Shown: positions 5,145 to 17,248, counted from the first letter of the stretch. The stretch is 32,000 nt of DNA from Acholeplasma laidlawii PG-8A (GCF_000018785.1 NC_010163.1:960001-992000), one strand, 5' to 3'. Numbers and translations: made by a program. The notes: generated from the sequence alone by a model not told the origin.

Positions 5145-6956
5145 TTATGACTCAAATTGTGAATTATATAATTGAGCGTAAAAACCATCTTTTTTTATAA
5201 GTTCTTCGTGATTTCCCTGTTCAATTATGTTACCATTTTTTACCACAAAAATAATGTCCGCGTTACGAATCGTCGATAATCTGTGTGCAATAACAAACGC
5301 AGTTCTCCCCTTCATAAGATGATCCATTGCCTTTTGAATTAGAACTTCCGTTCGAGTATCTACAGATGAGGTTGCCTCATCTAAGATAAGCATTGGTTTA
5401 TCTGCTAACATTGCTCTTGAAATGGTTATGAGTTGACGTTGTCCTTGACTGATATTTAATCCATCTTCCGATAATCTAAAATTATAATTATCTGCTAAAG
5501 AATGAATAAAATGATCTGTTTGTGCAGCTTTTGCAGCTTGTTCAACAGCTTCAAATGCTGCATCTTCATTACCATACTTAATGTTATCTAGTACAGTACC
5601 TTCAAATATCCATGAATCTTGTAAAACCATTCCAAAATAGCTTCTAACTTCTTCTCGTTTCATGTCTTTAATATCTACACCATCAATTAGGATAGAACCA
5701 CTATCTATCTCATAAAAACGCATCAAAAGATTAACAAGTGTAGTTTTACCAGCACCAGTAGGACCTACAATAGCAACCATTTGACCTGGCTTTATTTCTG
5801 CAGATAAACCTTGTATGACAGGCGTATCTTCTACATACCTAAAATGAACATTTTTAAATTCGACGTGCCCATTTACTTTAGTTAAAATATTAGGTTTATC
5901 AGATTCATCTGGTTCTGAAGTTGCATCCATCATAAAGAAAATACGTTCTGCTGATGCAGCTGTTTGTTGTAATACGGATGCAGTTTGACCGATTGATTGA
6001 ATTGGCATCGATACCTGTCTAGAATACATGATAAATGTCATAATAAAGCCAACTTCGAAAGAAGGGTCTGTGATAAGTAAATAACCTCCAATAATTGCTA
6101 TAGCAATAAATGAAAGATTTGTAAAGAAAAATTGAATAGGAATCATAATAGATGATACAAATTGTGATTTCCAAGATGTTTCAAAAATTCGATCATTAAT
6201 TTCATCAAACTCATGCTTAGCTTGAGTTTGGTGATTAAATACTTTAACAACTAAATGACCATGGTAGATTTCTTCAATATGTCCATTCATATCTCCTGTA
6301 TTTTTAGCTGCTTGTCTAAAATATTTTTGAGATAACTTAACAAATTTAGATGCTACAAATAAAGATAATATAACAGCAATAGTTGTAATAACTGCTAGAT
6401 CCCATCGCATAATATACATAATAATTAAAATACTTACGACAAGTGTAAAGGATCTAAATATTTCTGAAATACTTTGAGTAAGAGTTTGGTTAATAATATC
6501 CACATCATTTGTTACTCGTGATAACACATCACCAACTTTGTGCTTATCAAAGAAATTGAGTGGTAATGTATTAATTTTATCAGCTAGATCTGAGCGCATC
6601 TTATAAGTTAGACGCTGTGTTACACCAATTAACATGTAACCTTGCATTAAGCCAAAAACAAAAGATAAAGATGCGGTAACAATAAGACCTATTAAAACCT
6701 CATTAAAATTAAGTGAGATACCAAATAAATCGATGACACCTTGGGCATCTGCACCAGACCAAATAAGTTCAATTGAAGTTAATAGTTTACCGGACAAGAT
6801 TGGCGTAAATACTGTAATTAATGCTGTAATAACTGAAAATAAAGCAGCTGATAAGACAATCCACTTATCTTTACTTAAATAATTTAACAACCTGCCTAGA
6901 GTACCCCAAAAGTCATTAGCTTTAACGGGTTCATGTGCACTATGTCTTCTATTCAT
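5145..6956 (-). CDS. ABC exporter, fused permease/ATP-binding subunit (type IV exporter, multidrug/lipid type), second subunit of a heterodimer
   Basis: A six-TM N-terminal half is followed by Walker A GPTGAGKTT, signature LSQGQRQ, Walker B MLILDEATS and the H-loop AHRLST. Its start overlaps the upstream partner's stop (ATGA at 6953-6956). Confidence 0.9.
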   Translation of the reverse strand: MNRRHSAHEPVKANDFWGTLGRLLNYLSKDKWIVLSAALFSVITALITVFTPILSGKLLTSIELIWSGADAQGVIDLFGISLNFNEVLIGLIVTASLSFVFGLMQGYMLIGVTQRLTYKMRSDLADKINTLPLNFFDKHKVGDVLSRVTNDVDIINQTLTQSISEIFRSFTLVVSILIIMYIMRWDLAVITTIAVILSLFVASKFVKLSQKYFRQAAKNTGDMNGHIEEIYHGHLVVKVFNHQTQAKHEFDEINDRIFETSWKSQFVSSIMIPIQFFFTNLSFIAIAIIGGYLLITDPSFEVGFIMTFIMYSRQVSMPIQSIGQTASVLQQTAASAERIFFMMDATSEPDESDKPNILTKVNGHVEFKNVHFRYVEDTPVIQGLSAEIKPGQMVAIVGPTGAGKTTLVNLLMRFYEIDSGSILIDGVDIKDMKREEVRSYFGMVLQDSWIFEGTVLDNIKYGNEDAAFEAVEQAAKAAQTDHFIHSLADNYNFRLSEDGLNISQGQRQLITISRAMLADKPMLILDEATSSVDTRTEVLIQKAMDHLMKGRTAFVIAHRLSTIRNADIIFVVKNGNIIEQGNHEELIKKDGFYAQLYNSQFES

Positions 6957-8704
6957 CGTGAAAGCTCCTCCTGACTTAATTGAGATTCTGCTATTTCAAG
7001 ATATACTTTGGAGGTCTTAATTAGCTCCTCATGACTTCCCATGCCAACTATTTTACCTTTATCAAGTACTACAATCTTGTCTGCATTTTTAATACTATTA
7101 ATACGTTGAGCAACAATAATAATTGTTGCATCTACATGTTGTTTAAGTGCATTTCTTAAATTAATGTCTGTTTTATAATCAAGTGCAGAAAAAGAATCAT
7201 CAAATATATAAATTTTGGGCTCTTTTGCTAGTGCTCTAGCAATCGACAACCTTTGGCGTTGCCCACCACTAACATTGGTTCCACCTTGAGTAATTGGTGC
7301 ATCATATTTACCATCCATTTGATCAATAAAATTGGATGCTTGAGCAATTTCAGCAGATTTTTCAACAACATCCATATTGATTTCTTCTTGACCAAAAGCA
7401 ATATTTGATGCTATGGTACCTTTAAATAAATTACCCTTTTGAGGTACATAACCAATATACTTTAAGAATTCATTTTGATTGAAGGTCTTTATATCTTTAC
7501 CATCTAATAAAATACGTCCTTCAGTTGGATCATAAAATCTAGGAATTAAGTTGATTAAGGTTGATTTACCACTACCTGTTGAACCAATAAACGCAGTGAC
7601 TTCACCTGGATTTGCAGTAAGTGAGATGTGACTTAATACTGGTTCATCAGCTCCAGGATATTGGAAACTCACGTTTTCAAATTCAACTTTACCCATGACA
7701 TCGTGAATGGATTCTGGGTGAACTGGATCTTTGATTAATACATCAGCATCAATCACATCCATGATACGTCTTGCTGATATTGCAGCACGTGGAATCATTG
7801 TTAAAATCATTGTAATAAACATAAAGTTCATTAAAGCTTGTGATGCGTATTGTACAATAGCGGATATATCACCCGGTTCAAATGCTGAACCTTGGCCAAT
7901 CACTCCATTAGATACTGCAACATAGTATAACATTGCAGTCGTCAATTGCATTAAAAGACCTAAAACTGGCCAAATCGTATTAAAAATACGTTGTACAAAT
8001 ATGTTTCTCTTCATGGAATCTTTAGCTACATCTTTTGATTTTTGAGCTTGTATTTTTTGTGTGTTATAAGCACGTACAACACGTAATCCACTTAAGTTTT
8101 CGCGTGTCACTAAGTTCATCTTATCAATTAGTCTTTGAATAATTTTAAATTAAGGCATTACAACTAATAAAAGTATTGTTAAGAATAATATAATAACTGC
8201 AACCGATATAAATAAGAATACGGTTAAATTAGGGCTTAATACAAACGCCATGACAATCCCACCCACTGCCATAATAGGCGCCATAATCACACTACGCATG
8301 AGCTGTGCTAGCATCATTTGTAGTGATTGAATATCATTAGTTGTAAGAGTAATTAGTGATGAGGTTGTAAACTTATCCATCTCATTTAAAGAAAATGTTT
8401 GAACCTTACTATATAAAGCATTTCTTAAATCTCTACCATATGCACTAGATACTCTGGATTCTAGATAGCCAGAAAATAAAATAGCTACGATCCCAATGAT
8501 AGTTGATCCTAACATTAAAAGACCATTGGTCATTAGACTTTGGTATTTTTCTGTTTCAGTTAAGCTAGAACTTGTAATATCATTAATGAGTTCACCCAAA
8601 AGTGCAGGTAGTGCTAAAGTCATAACTGCTCTTAAAGCTACTAATATAAAGATTAATATGACCCATCCAAAATAGGGTTTTAAAAATCGAAAAGATTTAA
8701 TCAT
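6953..8704 (-). pseudogene. ABC exporter, fused permease/ATP-binding subunit (first subunit of the heterodimer), interrupted by one in-frame TAA
   Basis: ORFs 8150-8704 (TM helices 1-4) and 6953-8119 (remaining TMs plus the NBD with GSTGSGKST, VSGGQRQR, IYIFDDSFS, AQR) are in the same frame. The junction reads ..LLLVVMP*FKIIQRLIDKMNLVTRENLSGLRVVRAYN, with the TAA at 8150-8152. No SD precedes the internal ATG at 8119. Confidence 0.85.
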
Positions 8705-8780
8705 AAATTATGCATCTACTTTCTATATGTCTTGATGAACATTATACCAAAAATCTATAAGGTTATACCTTATAAGACTT

Positions 8781-9401
8781 TTATTTTATAACGTTAGAAA
8801 AAAGTTGTAGCGTTTTTTCAATCTCAACTAACTTTTCACCCTTAGCTTTTTTCGATAAATCTAAGTAATGGTTGTATTTATGCTTAAAATAAGCCTGTGC
8901 TTCCTTTTTTGTTTTAAGTTTAGGTCCTAGGTATATGTCTTCTTCAGTTAACGTCATACTACCTTTAACTACCTTTAAGAAGACGTAGTAAAAACCATCA
9001 AATATCACATACTCATCAACGATATTAAAGCCGTTATTGCTTAACCAAGTTCTAAGCACCTCAATTTTTTCATTGGCGCCTAGAATATAGGTTTTGTCCT
9101 CTAAGTGCATAACTTCTTTTAGTATATCGATAATTAAATGTGGACCCATACCAGTAATCACTGCAAGATTATAGTCTTTATCTACACTTTTAAATCCATC
9201 AGATAAATAAAACCTAACAGGATAACCTGCTAGATTTTTTTTTGCGTGATTAAGTGGACCCTTATTAATATCAGAGGCTACTGCATGTTTTATATATTTA
9301 TGGTCTAGAGCATACTTTAAGACAAGACCATGGTCACTACCTATATCTATAACAGTTTCATAACCTTTTGTAAGTTCACCTATAAATGCTATGCGATTCA
9401 T
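8781..9401 (-). CDS. trmK: tRNA (adenine22-N1)-methyltransferase TrmK-like (YqfN family)
   Basis: IDIGSDHG...[11 protein letters not shown]......R.SDG......D...ITGMG is the TrmK SAM-binding pattern. Its position immediately downstream of rpoD matches Bacillus-type synteny. The start overlaps the rpoD stop (ATGA). Confidence 0.8.
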   Translation of the reverse strand: MNRIAFIGELTKGYETVIDIGSDHGLVLKYALDHKYIKHAVASDINKGPLNHAKKNLAGYPVRFYLSDGFKSVDKDYNLAVITGMGPHLIIDILKEVMHLEDKTYILGANEKIEVLRTWLSNNGFNIVDEYVIFDGFYYVFLKVVKGSMTLTEEDIYLGPKLKTKKEAQAYFKHKYNHYLDLSKKAKGEKLVEIEKTLQLFSNVIK

Positions 9402-10657
9402 TTTCTTGTAATATAAAATTCTTTTAATTTATTTTGACGTTGAGGACTACGTAATTTTCTTAATGCTTTAGCTTCAATTTGACGGATACGTTCACGTGTA
9501 ACACCAAACTCACGCCCCACTTCTTCAAGTGTGTGTGTTTTACCATCTAATAGGCCATAACGTAATCTTAGGACCTTTTCTTCTCTGTCAGTTAATGTTT
9601 CTAAAACTTCATCTAAGGTTTTCTTAACCATTTCTTGCATCATATAATCATGTGGATTTAAAGCATTTGGATCGCTAATAAAATCCCCTAATGAAGAATC
9701 TTCTTCTTCACCAACTGGTGCTTCAAGTGAGATTGGTTCTTTTGCAATTCTTTGGATGTTTTGAACTTTTTCAGGAGTAATATCCATCTTTTCAGCGATT
9801 TCTTCAATCGTTGCATCTCGTCCTAATTCTTGAACTAATTGACGTTGAATACGAATCATTTTATTAATTGTTTCAACCATATGAACAGGAATACGGATTG
9901 TTCTTGCCTGATCGGCTACCGCTCTAGTAATCGCTTGGCGAATCCACCATGTTGCATATGTTGAAAATTTAAATCCTTTTTCATAATCAAATTTATCCAC
10001 AGCACGCATAAGACCCATATTACCTTCTTGAATAAGGTCTAGAAATAATAAACCACGTTGTGTATATTTTTTAGCAATACTTACAACTAAACGGTAGTTA
10101 GCTTCAACTAATTTTTCTTTAGCATAATGACCTTTTCTAATTGTATCTTCTAATGATTGCACATCTTCATCTGATAAATCTACTTCGCCATTTCTTACTG
10201 CCTCAAGTTGTTCTAAAGCTACACGACCTTGGTAAACCATGATTGCATATTTTCTTTCATCATCAATATTTAGTAATGGAATTTGACCAATTTCTTTTAA
10301 GTACATACGTACAGGATCATCTACTTTAATACTTGAAGGAATCGCGTCAATATTTAGAAGTTCTTCTTCTTCAACTTCTTCAACTTCTAAACTAGATAGT
10401 GAAAACTCATCTGGTTCATCTTCAACTTCTAACTCTACTTCAATGTCTTCATCATCAAAAAGGGGATTTTCTTGAACATCAACCTCTTCTTCTTCATCAT
10501 CCAGTAATACATCAATTTCTAGATCTGATAATTCTTTTTCTATTTCATAATATTCAGGGGAATTTAAATCAGCAAACTCAATTAAATCGGATTGAACTAA
10601 TGACTTTTTCTTACCTGCTTTTTTAACTAACTTCTTTATGATATCTTTTTGACTCAT
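9398..10657 (-). CDS. rpoD: RNA polymerase primary sigma factor (sigma-70/SigA)
   Basis: Acidic region 1.1, then [11 protein letters not shown], the region 2 motifs [47 protein letters not shown], and region 4 [28 protein letters not shown]. Confidence 0.97.
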   Translation of the reverse strand: MSQKDIIKKLVKKAGKKKSLVQSDLIEFADLNSPEYYEIEKELSDLEIDVLLDDEEEEVDVQENPLFDDEDIEVELEVEDEPDEFSLSSLEVEEVEEEELLNIDAIPSSIKVDDPVRMYLKEIGQIPLLNIDDERKYAIMVYQGRVALEQLEAVRNGEVDLSDEDVQSLEDTIRKGHYAKEKLVEANYRLVVSIAKKYTQRGLLFLDLIQEGNMGLMRAVDKFDYEKGFKFSTYATWWIRQAITRAVADQARTIRIPVHMVETINKMIRIQRQLVQELGRDATIEEIAEKMDITPEKVQNIQRIAKEPISLEAPVGEEEDSSLGDFISDPNALNPHDYMMQEMVKKTLDEVLETLTDREEKVLRLRYGLLDGKTHTLEEVGREFGVTRERIRQIEAKALRKLRSPQRQNKLKEFYITRK

Positions 10658-12381
10658 TTTATTTTTACCTGCTTTCTGAGTTCATCAATCGCCTTTAAGG
10701 TGCGATTCATTTCAAGATGGTCCGTTATGGACTCTGTTTTCTTTATTAAGGATTGTATTTCTAATTGTTTCTTATAATTTTGAAAATGTACTAATATATC
10801 ATTGAGTGTTTTATCATTTTGAATTAATAAGTTTTTACAATAGTCTGTTGATTTACAATATGTTTCAACTAATTCTATTTCTTTAGTATATCCCATTTTA
10901 AATGCTTCAAGGTTTAATGCATCATCCGAATTAATCTCATAATAATTCATTAAATCTTTATAAAGTTCACGTTTTTTAGGGTCTGTAATATCTGTTAATA
11001 AAATACTATGTCTAATCTTATCTAGATATTTACGCTGTTTAAGTAAATCCATAATGATGATATCAATAGAACGTTCAGCACGACTTATGACTTTCCTATC
11101 AATAGGTTTTTGTTTGACTGGAAGTGATGAACTATGTTCATTAATAAGTAGTTGTATGCCTAACTCATCAAATGATCTTCTCTCGTATAAATCAATGATG
11201 GTCGGATCACTTCCAACTAATAACTGCTTCATTTCTTGCTTAAACTTTGTAATATCATCTGACTTTTTAAAGTCTTTATCTTTTTGATAGTATATATATC
11301 CAAATTGGACTGGGTCAAGAAGTTTGTTAAAGAGTGCTTGATATTTATCTACACCATGTTTTAAAACAAAATCATCCGGATCCATTTTATTTGGTAAATT
11401 TAATATGGAAATACTTAGTCCCTGACGTTTTAAAATAGGTATTGCATGAAGGGTAGCTTGTATACCAGGGTTATCTCCGTCATATGCAATCACTACATGA
11501 TCTGTAATACGTCTAATCAATTTTGCTTGATCACTTGTAATTGCAGTTCCCATAGTTGCAACACTTGCTTCAAAACCTGCCTTATAGGATGCAAAAACGT
11601 CGAAGAAACCTTCATGTAGAATCACATGTTTTTGCTTAACTACTGGTCTAATACTTTCAAAATAGTGATAGAGTGTTAACCCTTTTTTAAAGATTGGTGT
11701 TTCAGTTGAGTTAATGTATTTAGCTTTCTCATTTTTATTTAAAGTTCTTCCTGAAAAGGCAATAATCTGACCATGTTCATCTTTAATCGGAAAAGTGATA
11801 CGATTTCTAAATACATCGTAATAGTGACCTTCTTCATTTTGTTTAACTAAACCTAAACTCATCATGTCACTAACACTATGATTTTTAGATCTTAGCATTT
11901 TATATAAACTATCTATTTGATCTGGTGCATAACCCACTTCAAAGTGATGAATTAACTCATCACTTAACTGTCTATTTGTTAAATAGTCATAGGCTAATTT
12001 ACCGGATTCAGAGTTCTTAAGCGCAAACTGATAAAAACTAGCTGCATCATTCATGACATCATGTAGATGTTTAAAAGGATTATTTTGAACTTTAGTTTGA
12101 CCAAATTCAATACCCAGTTCTTGGGCTAATTCCTTTGCTGCATCTGCATTACTAATGTTTTTAATTTGAGCTAAGAAAGTTATCGGTGCACCACCTTTTT
12201 TACAGCCAAAACAAAATGCTATATTCTTTTCTGGTGTTACAGAAAATGATGGTGTTTTTTCATCATGAAAAGGACATAGTCCCATGTAGTTTTTACCACG
12301 TTTGGTTAAGTCTACATATTTGGAGACTAATGCAACGATATCTGTTTGTTCATTAATTTTTTGATAGATATTATCTTGCAT
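10654..12381 (-). CDS. dnaG: DNA primase
   Basis: Zinc finger [15 protein letters not shown]...FCFGCKKGG, followed by the RNA polymerase core and the TOPRIM region (ILHEGFFDV ... AYDGDNPG). Confidence 0.95.
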   Translation of the reverse strand: MQDNIYQKINEQTDIVALVSKYVDLTKRGKNYMGLCPFHDEKTPSFSVTPEKNIAFCFGCKKGGAPITFLAQIKNISNADAAKELAQELGIEFGQTKVQNNPFKHLHDVMNDAASFYQFALKNSESGKLAYDYLTNRQLSDELIHHFEVGYAPDQIDSLYKMLRSKNHSVSDMMSLGLVKQNEEGHYYDVFRNRITFPIKDEHGQIIAFSGRTLNKNEKAKYINSTETPIFKKGLTLYHYFESIRPVVKQKHVILHEGFFDVFASYKAGFEASVATMGTAITSDQAKLIRRITDHVVIAYDGDNPGIQATLHAIPILKRQGLSISILNLPNKMDPDDFVLKHGVDKYQALFNKLLDPVQFGYIYYQKDKDFKKSDDITKFKQEMKQLLVGSDPTIIDLYERRSFDELGIQLLINEHSSSLPVKQKPIDRKVISRAERSIDIIIMDLLKQRKYLDKIRHSILLTDITDPKKRELYKDLMNYYEINSDDALNLEAFKMGYTKEIELVETYCKSTDYCKNLLIQNDKTLNDILVHFQNYKKQLEIQSLIKKTESITDHLEMNRTLKAIDELRKQVKIK

Positions 12382-12406
12382 ATGGATGTCCTTTCAGATG
12401 AATAGA

Positions 12407-13777
12407 TTAAAATTTAGTTGCTTGTTGAATAAATTGTTCGATGTCTTTAATTGCAATACGAGATTGCTCCATAGAATCACGGTGTCTAATAGTTACTGTA
12501 TCATCATCCATTGTTTGATGATCAACTGTAATACAAAATGGCGTTCCAATCGCGTCTTGACGACGATATCTTTTACCAATATTTTGTGTTTCATCGTAAA
12601 CAACATCTAGGTTTTCACTTAACATTTCATGAATTTCTCTAGCTTTTTGACTATGTTCTTTACGTACAAGTGGTAAGATAGCAGCTTTATATGGTGCAAG
12701 TTTTGGATGTAGTTTTAAGACTTGTCTTACATCACCATTTTCTAAAGTTTCTTCTTCTAAACCATTTAATAAGAATACTAATAATAGTCTTTCAACACCA
12801 ACGGATGGTTCTACGACATAAGGAATGTATCTTTCATTGGTTTCAGGATCTAGATAAGACATATCTTCCTTACTTAAGTCTTGATGACTCTTAAGGTCAA
12901 AGTTTGTACGACTTGCAATACCCCAAAGTTCATCAAAACCCCACGGATATTTAAATTCGATATCTGTTGTAGCATTTGAATAGTGACTTAGTGCTTCCTT
13001 AGCATGTGGTTCAGCACGCAAACTTTCTTCTTTTACACCAAGGGATGTTAAGAATTTAAGCATTCTGTCTAACCAGTAATCAAACCACTGGATTTCAGTA
13101 CCTGGTTTACAGAAAAACTCTAATTCCATTTGTTCAAATTCTCTCGTTCTAAATGTGAAGTTACCTGGTGTAATTTCATTTCTAAAACTCTTACCAATTT
13201 GAGCAACACCAAATGGCACTTTAAGACGTTGTGCACGTTGGATATTTTTAAAGTTAATAAAGATACCTTGAGCTGTTTCTGGACGAAGATACACTTCATT
13301 TGCAGTTTCTTCTACAACCCCTTGGAAAGTTTTAAACATCATATTAAACTTTCTAATTGGTAACCAATCACTTGTTTTAGACACTGGGTCTTTGATTTTA
13401 TGATCCATAATATATTGATACATCTTCTCATCACTCCAGCCATCTGGATTTTGAGTCGGATCGTGCTCTAAAATTAATTTGTCAGCACGGTATCTTTGAT
13501 TAGATGTTTTATTTTCAATTAATGGGTCTGAAAAACCACTTAAGTGACCACTAGCTTGCCATACTAATGGGTTTAATAGAATTGAAGAATCTAGTTGAAC
13601 CACATTAGGCGCTTGACGAATAAACTTTTGCGTCCAAGCTTCTTTAATATTTTTCTTTAATAATGAACCTAGAGGACCGTAATCCCAAGTATTTGCAAGC
13701 CCACCATAGATTTCAGAGCCTTGAAAGATGTAACCTGTTTGTTTTGCGTATTGTACTAAATACTCTAATGTAACCAT
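12407..13777 (-). CDS. glyQS: glycine--tRNA ligase (homodimeric class II GlyQS type)
   Basis: IYGGLANTWDYGPLG, YLRPETAQGIF.NF, QIGKSFRNEITPGNF.FRTREFEQMELEFF, and the C-terminal anticodon-binding domain (GKRYRRQDAIGTPFCITVD). Confidence 0.95.
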   Translation of the reverse strand: MVTLEYLVQYAKQTGYIFQGSEIYGGLANTWDYGPLGSLLKKNIKEAWTQKFIRQAPNVVQLDSSILLNPLVWQASGHLSGFSDPLIENKTSNQRYRADKLILEHDPTQNPDGWSDEKMYQYIMDHKIKDPVSKTSDWLPIRKFNMMFKTFQGVVEETANEVYLRPETAQGIFINFKNIQRAQRLKVPFGVAQIGKSFRNEITPGNFTFRTREFEQMELEFFCKPGTEIQWFDYWLDRMLKFLTSLGVKEESLRAEPHAKEALSHYSNATTDIEFKYPWGFDELWGIASRTNFDLKSHQDLSKEDMSYLDPETNERYIPYVVEPSVGVERLLLVFLLNGLEEETLENGDVRQVLKLHPKLAPYKAAILPLVRKEHSQKAREIHEMLSENLDVVYDETQNIGKRYRRQDAIGTPFCITVDHQTMDDDTVTIRHRDSMEQSRIAIKDIEQFIQQATKF

Positions 13778-13789
13778 ATGACATACTCC

Positions 13790-14437
13790 TTATTTGCGCG
13801 TTAATTTGTGATCTGTATGGTATTCATAATACGCATACATAAATTCTTTTAATTCTCTATAATTTATTTCATCAATTGTATCTATTTTATCATAATCCAG
13901 ATAAGTCAATCGAACTAATAATGTTGTTTGATGTACATCAATATTTGCAACATACGGTTCTTTTTCATAAACAATTGAAGCTGTTTTAATGTTGACACCT
14001 TTGACTCTTCTACCATCAGGTTTTAACGATATTTGATACCCTAAATACCTAAGTAGTTTAAATCCAAAAGAAAGTATTGATTCTTTTGAATAATGTAACA
14101 AAGCACCTTCTAGTAATGTATAAATTGATTCATGATCATCATTGTCCGACACAAACCCTAATAAATCAAATAAGATGCTTGCTTGAGTCATGAGATCAAA
14201 ATCTGATTTGATGTTTTGAAAATCATTTAAGGTTTTACCTTCAACGAGTGCATACATGTTTTTATTGGGTACTTCTTTAAAATAAATAAGATTTAAATAC
14301 TGTGCAACATTACGTATGTTTGAAGTCATTTTTTGACTTCCTTTTGCTACTAATGTTATACGTCCAAGTTTCGTATATACAAATAATAACCTGTCATTTT
14401 CTAAATAACTTTGTTGTTTGTATACGATGCCTTCCAT
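13790..14437 (-). CDS. recO: DNA repair protein RecO (short form)
   Basis: The N-terminal OB-fold pattern (EGIVYKQQSYLENDRLLFVYTKLGRITLVAKG) and its position between era and glyQS match the conserved era-recO arrangement. Confidence 0.8.
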   Translation of the reverse strand: MEGIVYKQQSYLENDRLLFVYTKLGRITLVAKGSQKMTSNIRNVAQYLNLIYFKEVPNKNMYALVEGKTLNDFQNIKSDFDLMTQASILFDLLGFVSDNDDHESIYTLLEGALLHYSKESILSFGFKLLRYLGYQISLKPDGRRVKGVNIKTASIVYEKEPYVANIDVHQTTLLVRLTYLDYDKIDTIDEINYRELKEFMYAYYEYHTDHKLTRK

Positions 14438-14439
14438 AC

Positions 14440-15327
14440 TTATTTACCATAACCATAACGTGATACAGTAGTTGGGTCATTACGCCAATCTTTTTTTACC
14501 TTAACCCATAAAGAAAGATGTATCTTCATGTCGAAGATCTTATTGATTTCTTTTCTAGCTTCTGTACCAATACGTTTTAATTTTTCACCATTTTTACCGA
14601 TTAATATCCCTTTTTGACTATCACGTTCTACAATGATTAAAGCATCAATATCCATCGTGTTAAGTTCTTCATTAAACTTAAATGATTCAAGCATAACAGC
14701 AACACTATGCGGTACTTCTTGTTCCGTATAGTATAAGATACGTTCTCTTATGATTTCTGTCATACGAGATTCATCAGTTTGGTCTGTGACATAATCATCT
14801 GGATAGTAATGCGGACCTTCAACTAAATACTCAACTAATGTTTCTTTAAGTTGTGTTAAATGTGTTTGGTCTTTAGCTGAAATAGGTACGATATGTTTAA
14901 ATTCATGCACTTTTAAGAATGAAATGATAATTTTATCAATCTCTGCCTTATTTTCTAATGTATCAATCTTATTGATGACTAAGATAACAGGTAAATGACT
15001 ATGTTTAATACGCTCTAGAATAATTTCATCAGTTCTTCTATACGTTTGATCTACAACCCACATAATGGCATCTGCATCCATTAATGCATCTGTTGCAGAC
15101 TTATCCATAGATTTACCTAAACCGTGATAAGGTTTATGCATACCTGGTGTATCAATAAAAACAAATTGATTTTCACCCTCATTTAAAATACCTGTGATTC
15201 TAAAACGTGTCGTTTGAACCTTAGGTGATGTAATAGCTATTTTTTCACCGATAAGTGCGTTGATTAATGTTGATTTACCTACATTAGGTTTGCCTATAAT
15301 GGCAATAAATCCTGATTTTGATGCCAT
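14440..15327 (-). CDS. era: GTPase Era
   Basis: G1 GKPNVGKST, G2 TTR, G3 DTPG, G4 NKID, and the C-terminal KH domain (VERDSQKGILIGKNGEKLKRIG). Confidence 0.95.
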   Translation of the reverse strand: MASKSGFIAIIGKPNVGKSTLINALIGEKIAITSPKVQTTRFRITGILNEGENQFVFIDTPGMHKPYHGLGKSMDKSATDALMDADAIMWVVDQTYRRTDEIILERIKHSHLPVILVINKIDTLENKAEIDKIIISFLKVHEFKHIVPISAKDQTHLTQLKETLVEYLVEGPHYYPDDYVTDQTDESRMTEIIRERILYYTEQEVPHSVAVMLESFKFNEELNTMDIDALIIVERDSQKGILIGKNGEKLKRIGTEARKEINKIFDMKIHLSLWVKVKKDWRNDPTTVSRYGYGK

Positions 15328-15719
15328 TAGACGCGGTCTTTATCTAAATCAAACCCGAAAGGTAATAATTCATTTACTGATGTTTCATAAATTTCGTCTT
15401 CTAAGTTTGCTAAATAGATTTTTGTATTTTTAGGAATAAGTTCACTCATGACTTGTCTGCATGCGCCACAAGGTGAGATTGGTCCTTTAGATCCACCAAT
15501 AATTGTAATTTCTTTAATTTCTTTTGGGTCATAACCTTGTGAGATTAATGAAAATAATGCATTTCTTTCAGCACAGGAAGTTAATCCGAAACTACTGTTT
15601 TCAATATTTGCTCCGTGGATGATTGTGCCATCGTTTAATACGATTGCTGCACCAACTTTAAATCTTGAGTATGGTACATAGGCTTTAAGTCTAGCTTGTT
15701 TTGCGGCTTCTAAATTCAT
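15327..15719 (-). CDS. cdd: cytidine deaminase (tetrameric type)
   Basis: The zinc ligand motifs CAERNA and PCGACRQ are present, and the 130-aa length is typical. Confidence 0.9.
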   Translation of the reverse strand: MNLEAAKQARLKAYVPYSRFKVGAAIVLNDGTIIHGANIENSSFGLTSCAERNALFSLISQGYDPKEIKEITIIGGSKGPISPCGACRQVMSELIPKNTKIYLANLEDEIYETSVNELLPFGFDLDKDRV

Positions 15720-15741
15720 AAATGGGCCTTCTTTCTATTAT

Positions 15742-16164
15742 TTATCTTTTTAAATTTGCTTTGTTTAGTATTTCTTCTTGAAGTGTGAACATTTCTTTTT
15801 CTTCTGCTTCGGTATGATGATCATACCCAAGTAGATGTAGATAACCATGAACTGCTAAAAATCCAATTTCACGTTCTAATGTGTGACCATAGTCAAGCGC
15901 TTGAATTTTAGCTTGATCAATACTTATGAAGATATCTCCTAATGAGTCATCTTTTTCATCATCATTTGGAAATGAAATAACATCGGTTGGTTTATCGATG
16001 TTTCTATACATTTTATTGATATCTCTAATTTGATCGTTATCAACAAAAATTACTTGCATAGATTTTTCTTCTTTGATGTCTTTAAAAACAGTTTCTAATA
16101 TAACTTCAAATTGTGTTGTTTCTTCTTTATATTGGTTAAAATAATTAACTTCCATTTTGTTCAT
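15742..16164 (-). CDS. ybeY: rRNA maturation endoribonuclease YbeY
   Basis: The signature [11 protein letters not shown] and the VISFP motif are present. It lies downstream of phoH, as in many bacteria. Confidence 0.9.
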   Translation of the reverse strand: MNKMEVNYFNQYKEETTQFEVILETVFKDIKEEKSMQVIFVDNDQIRDINKMYRNIDKPTDVISFPNDDEKDDSLGDIFISIDQAKIQALDYGHTLEREIGFLAVHGYLHLLGYDHHTEAEEKEMFTLQEEILNKANLKR

Positions 16165-17098
16165 ATCTTTCTAGTATTTTTTGTACTAATGGGTGACGTA
16201 TGACGTCAACCTTTTCAAATTGAATGATTTTTGCATCATCAATATCACTTAGTATTTCTAATGCTTGTTTAAGCCCTGATTTATTTCTATACCCCAAATC
16301 GACTTGCGATGGATCTCCTGTTACTACCATATAACTTGAAAACCCTAATCTTGTTAGAAACATTTTCATTTGAGTTTCTGTAGTGTTTTGCGCCTCATCT
16401 AGTATCACAAATGCATTTTCAAGTGTACGCCCTCGCATATATGCAAGTGGTGCAACTTCAATGATACCTCGCTCCATTAAGCTGTTCGTCGTTGCAATCC
16501 CTAAAAAATCGTATAAAGCATCATATAATGGTATTAAATAAGGATCTACCTTTTCTTTTAAATCACCTGGTAAAAACCCAAGAGATTCACCTGCTTCAAC
16601 TGCTGGTCTTGTTAATACTAACTTTTTAACTAAACCTTTTTTGAGTGCAGCAACCGCATGAGCAACTGCTAAATACGTTTTACCAGTACCAGCAGGTCCT
16701 ACTCCAAATACCAAAGGATATTTCATAAGTGCATCACTATAAGCTCTTTGGTTAAATGTTTTAGGAACTATGGACTTACCTTGATCAGAAATCAATATTT
16801 TCTTTTGAGATTTATAAAGATCTAAGATGTTTTCTAATCTGTCTTGCTCAGCCATCTTAATAATATATAAGACATCTCTTTCAGTTAAGATGATTTTATG
16901 CTCAGCAAGTAAAATAAGCGTTCTAAATATATTTTCTAATAATACACGGTCAGACTCTTTTGCGTCTACGACAATTTGACCATCATGTATCGATACATCG
17001 AAACCATAATGAGATTTGAAAACTTTTAAGTTTTTATCTTCAATTCCAACTAAAAGTTGTAGTGTTTCAACGTGATGGACATTCAGGTTTAATTTCAT
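16145..17098 (-). CDS. phoH: PhoH-family ATPase
   Basis: Walker [12 protein letters not shown], Walker B ILDEAQN, and the conserved C-terminus [10 protein letters not shown] ... DVIRHPLV. Confidence 0.9.
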   Translation of the reverse strand: MKLNLNVHHVETLQLLVGIEDKNLKVFKSHYGFDVSIHDGQIVVDAKESDRVLLENIFRTLILLAEHKIILTERDVLYIIKMAEQDRLENILDLYKSQKKILISDQGKSIVPKTFNQRAYSDALMKYPLVFGVGPAGTGKTYLAVAHAVAALKKGLVKKLVLTRPAVEAGESLGFLPGDLKEKVDPYLIPLYDALYDFLGIATTNSLMERGIIEVAPLAYMRGRTLENAFVILDEAQNTTETQMKMFLTRLGFSSYMVVTGDPSQVDLGYRNKSGLKQALEILSDIDDAKIIQFEKVDVIRHPLVQKILERYEQNGS

Positions 17099-17248
17099 GC
17101 ATAATCCTCCATTTTTGTCTATATATATTTTACCTTAAATGCGCATAAATTGCACTTACAAGTAGCCAAATACTACAAAAAACATCTCTTTTAAGTTAAA
17201 TATACATAAATTTATAGTGAATTACCCTTAATTGGGTCCAGGGGTCAA

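Noticed and set aside
3720-8152. Two in-frame TAA codons (3720-3722 in the transposase, 8150-8152 in the ABC exporter) as a hint of TAA reassignment or programmed read-through.
   Set aside because: TAA ends many clearly complete genes in this window (for example rpsU, cdd and mgtE paralog 1). Ordinary nonsense mutations or sequencing errors are the simpler explanation.
9398-10657. Highly acidic, repetitive E/D-rich N-terminal third of RpoD (and the matching long antisense ORF) as something unusual.
   Set aside because: Acidic region 1.1 and its linker are a normal, variable feature of primary sigma factors.
13778-13789. T-box leader for glyQS.
   Set aside because: Only 12 nt separate recO from glyQS, and a T-box needs about 200 nt.
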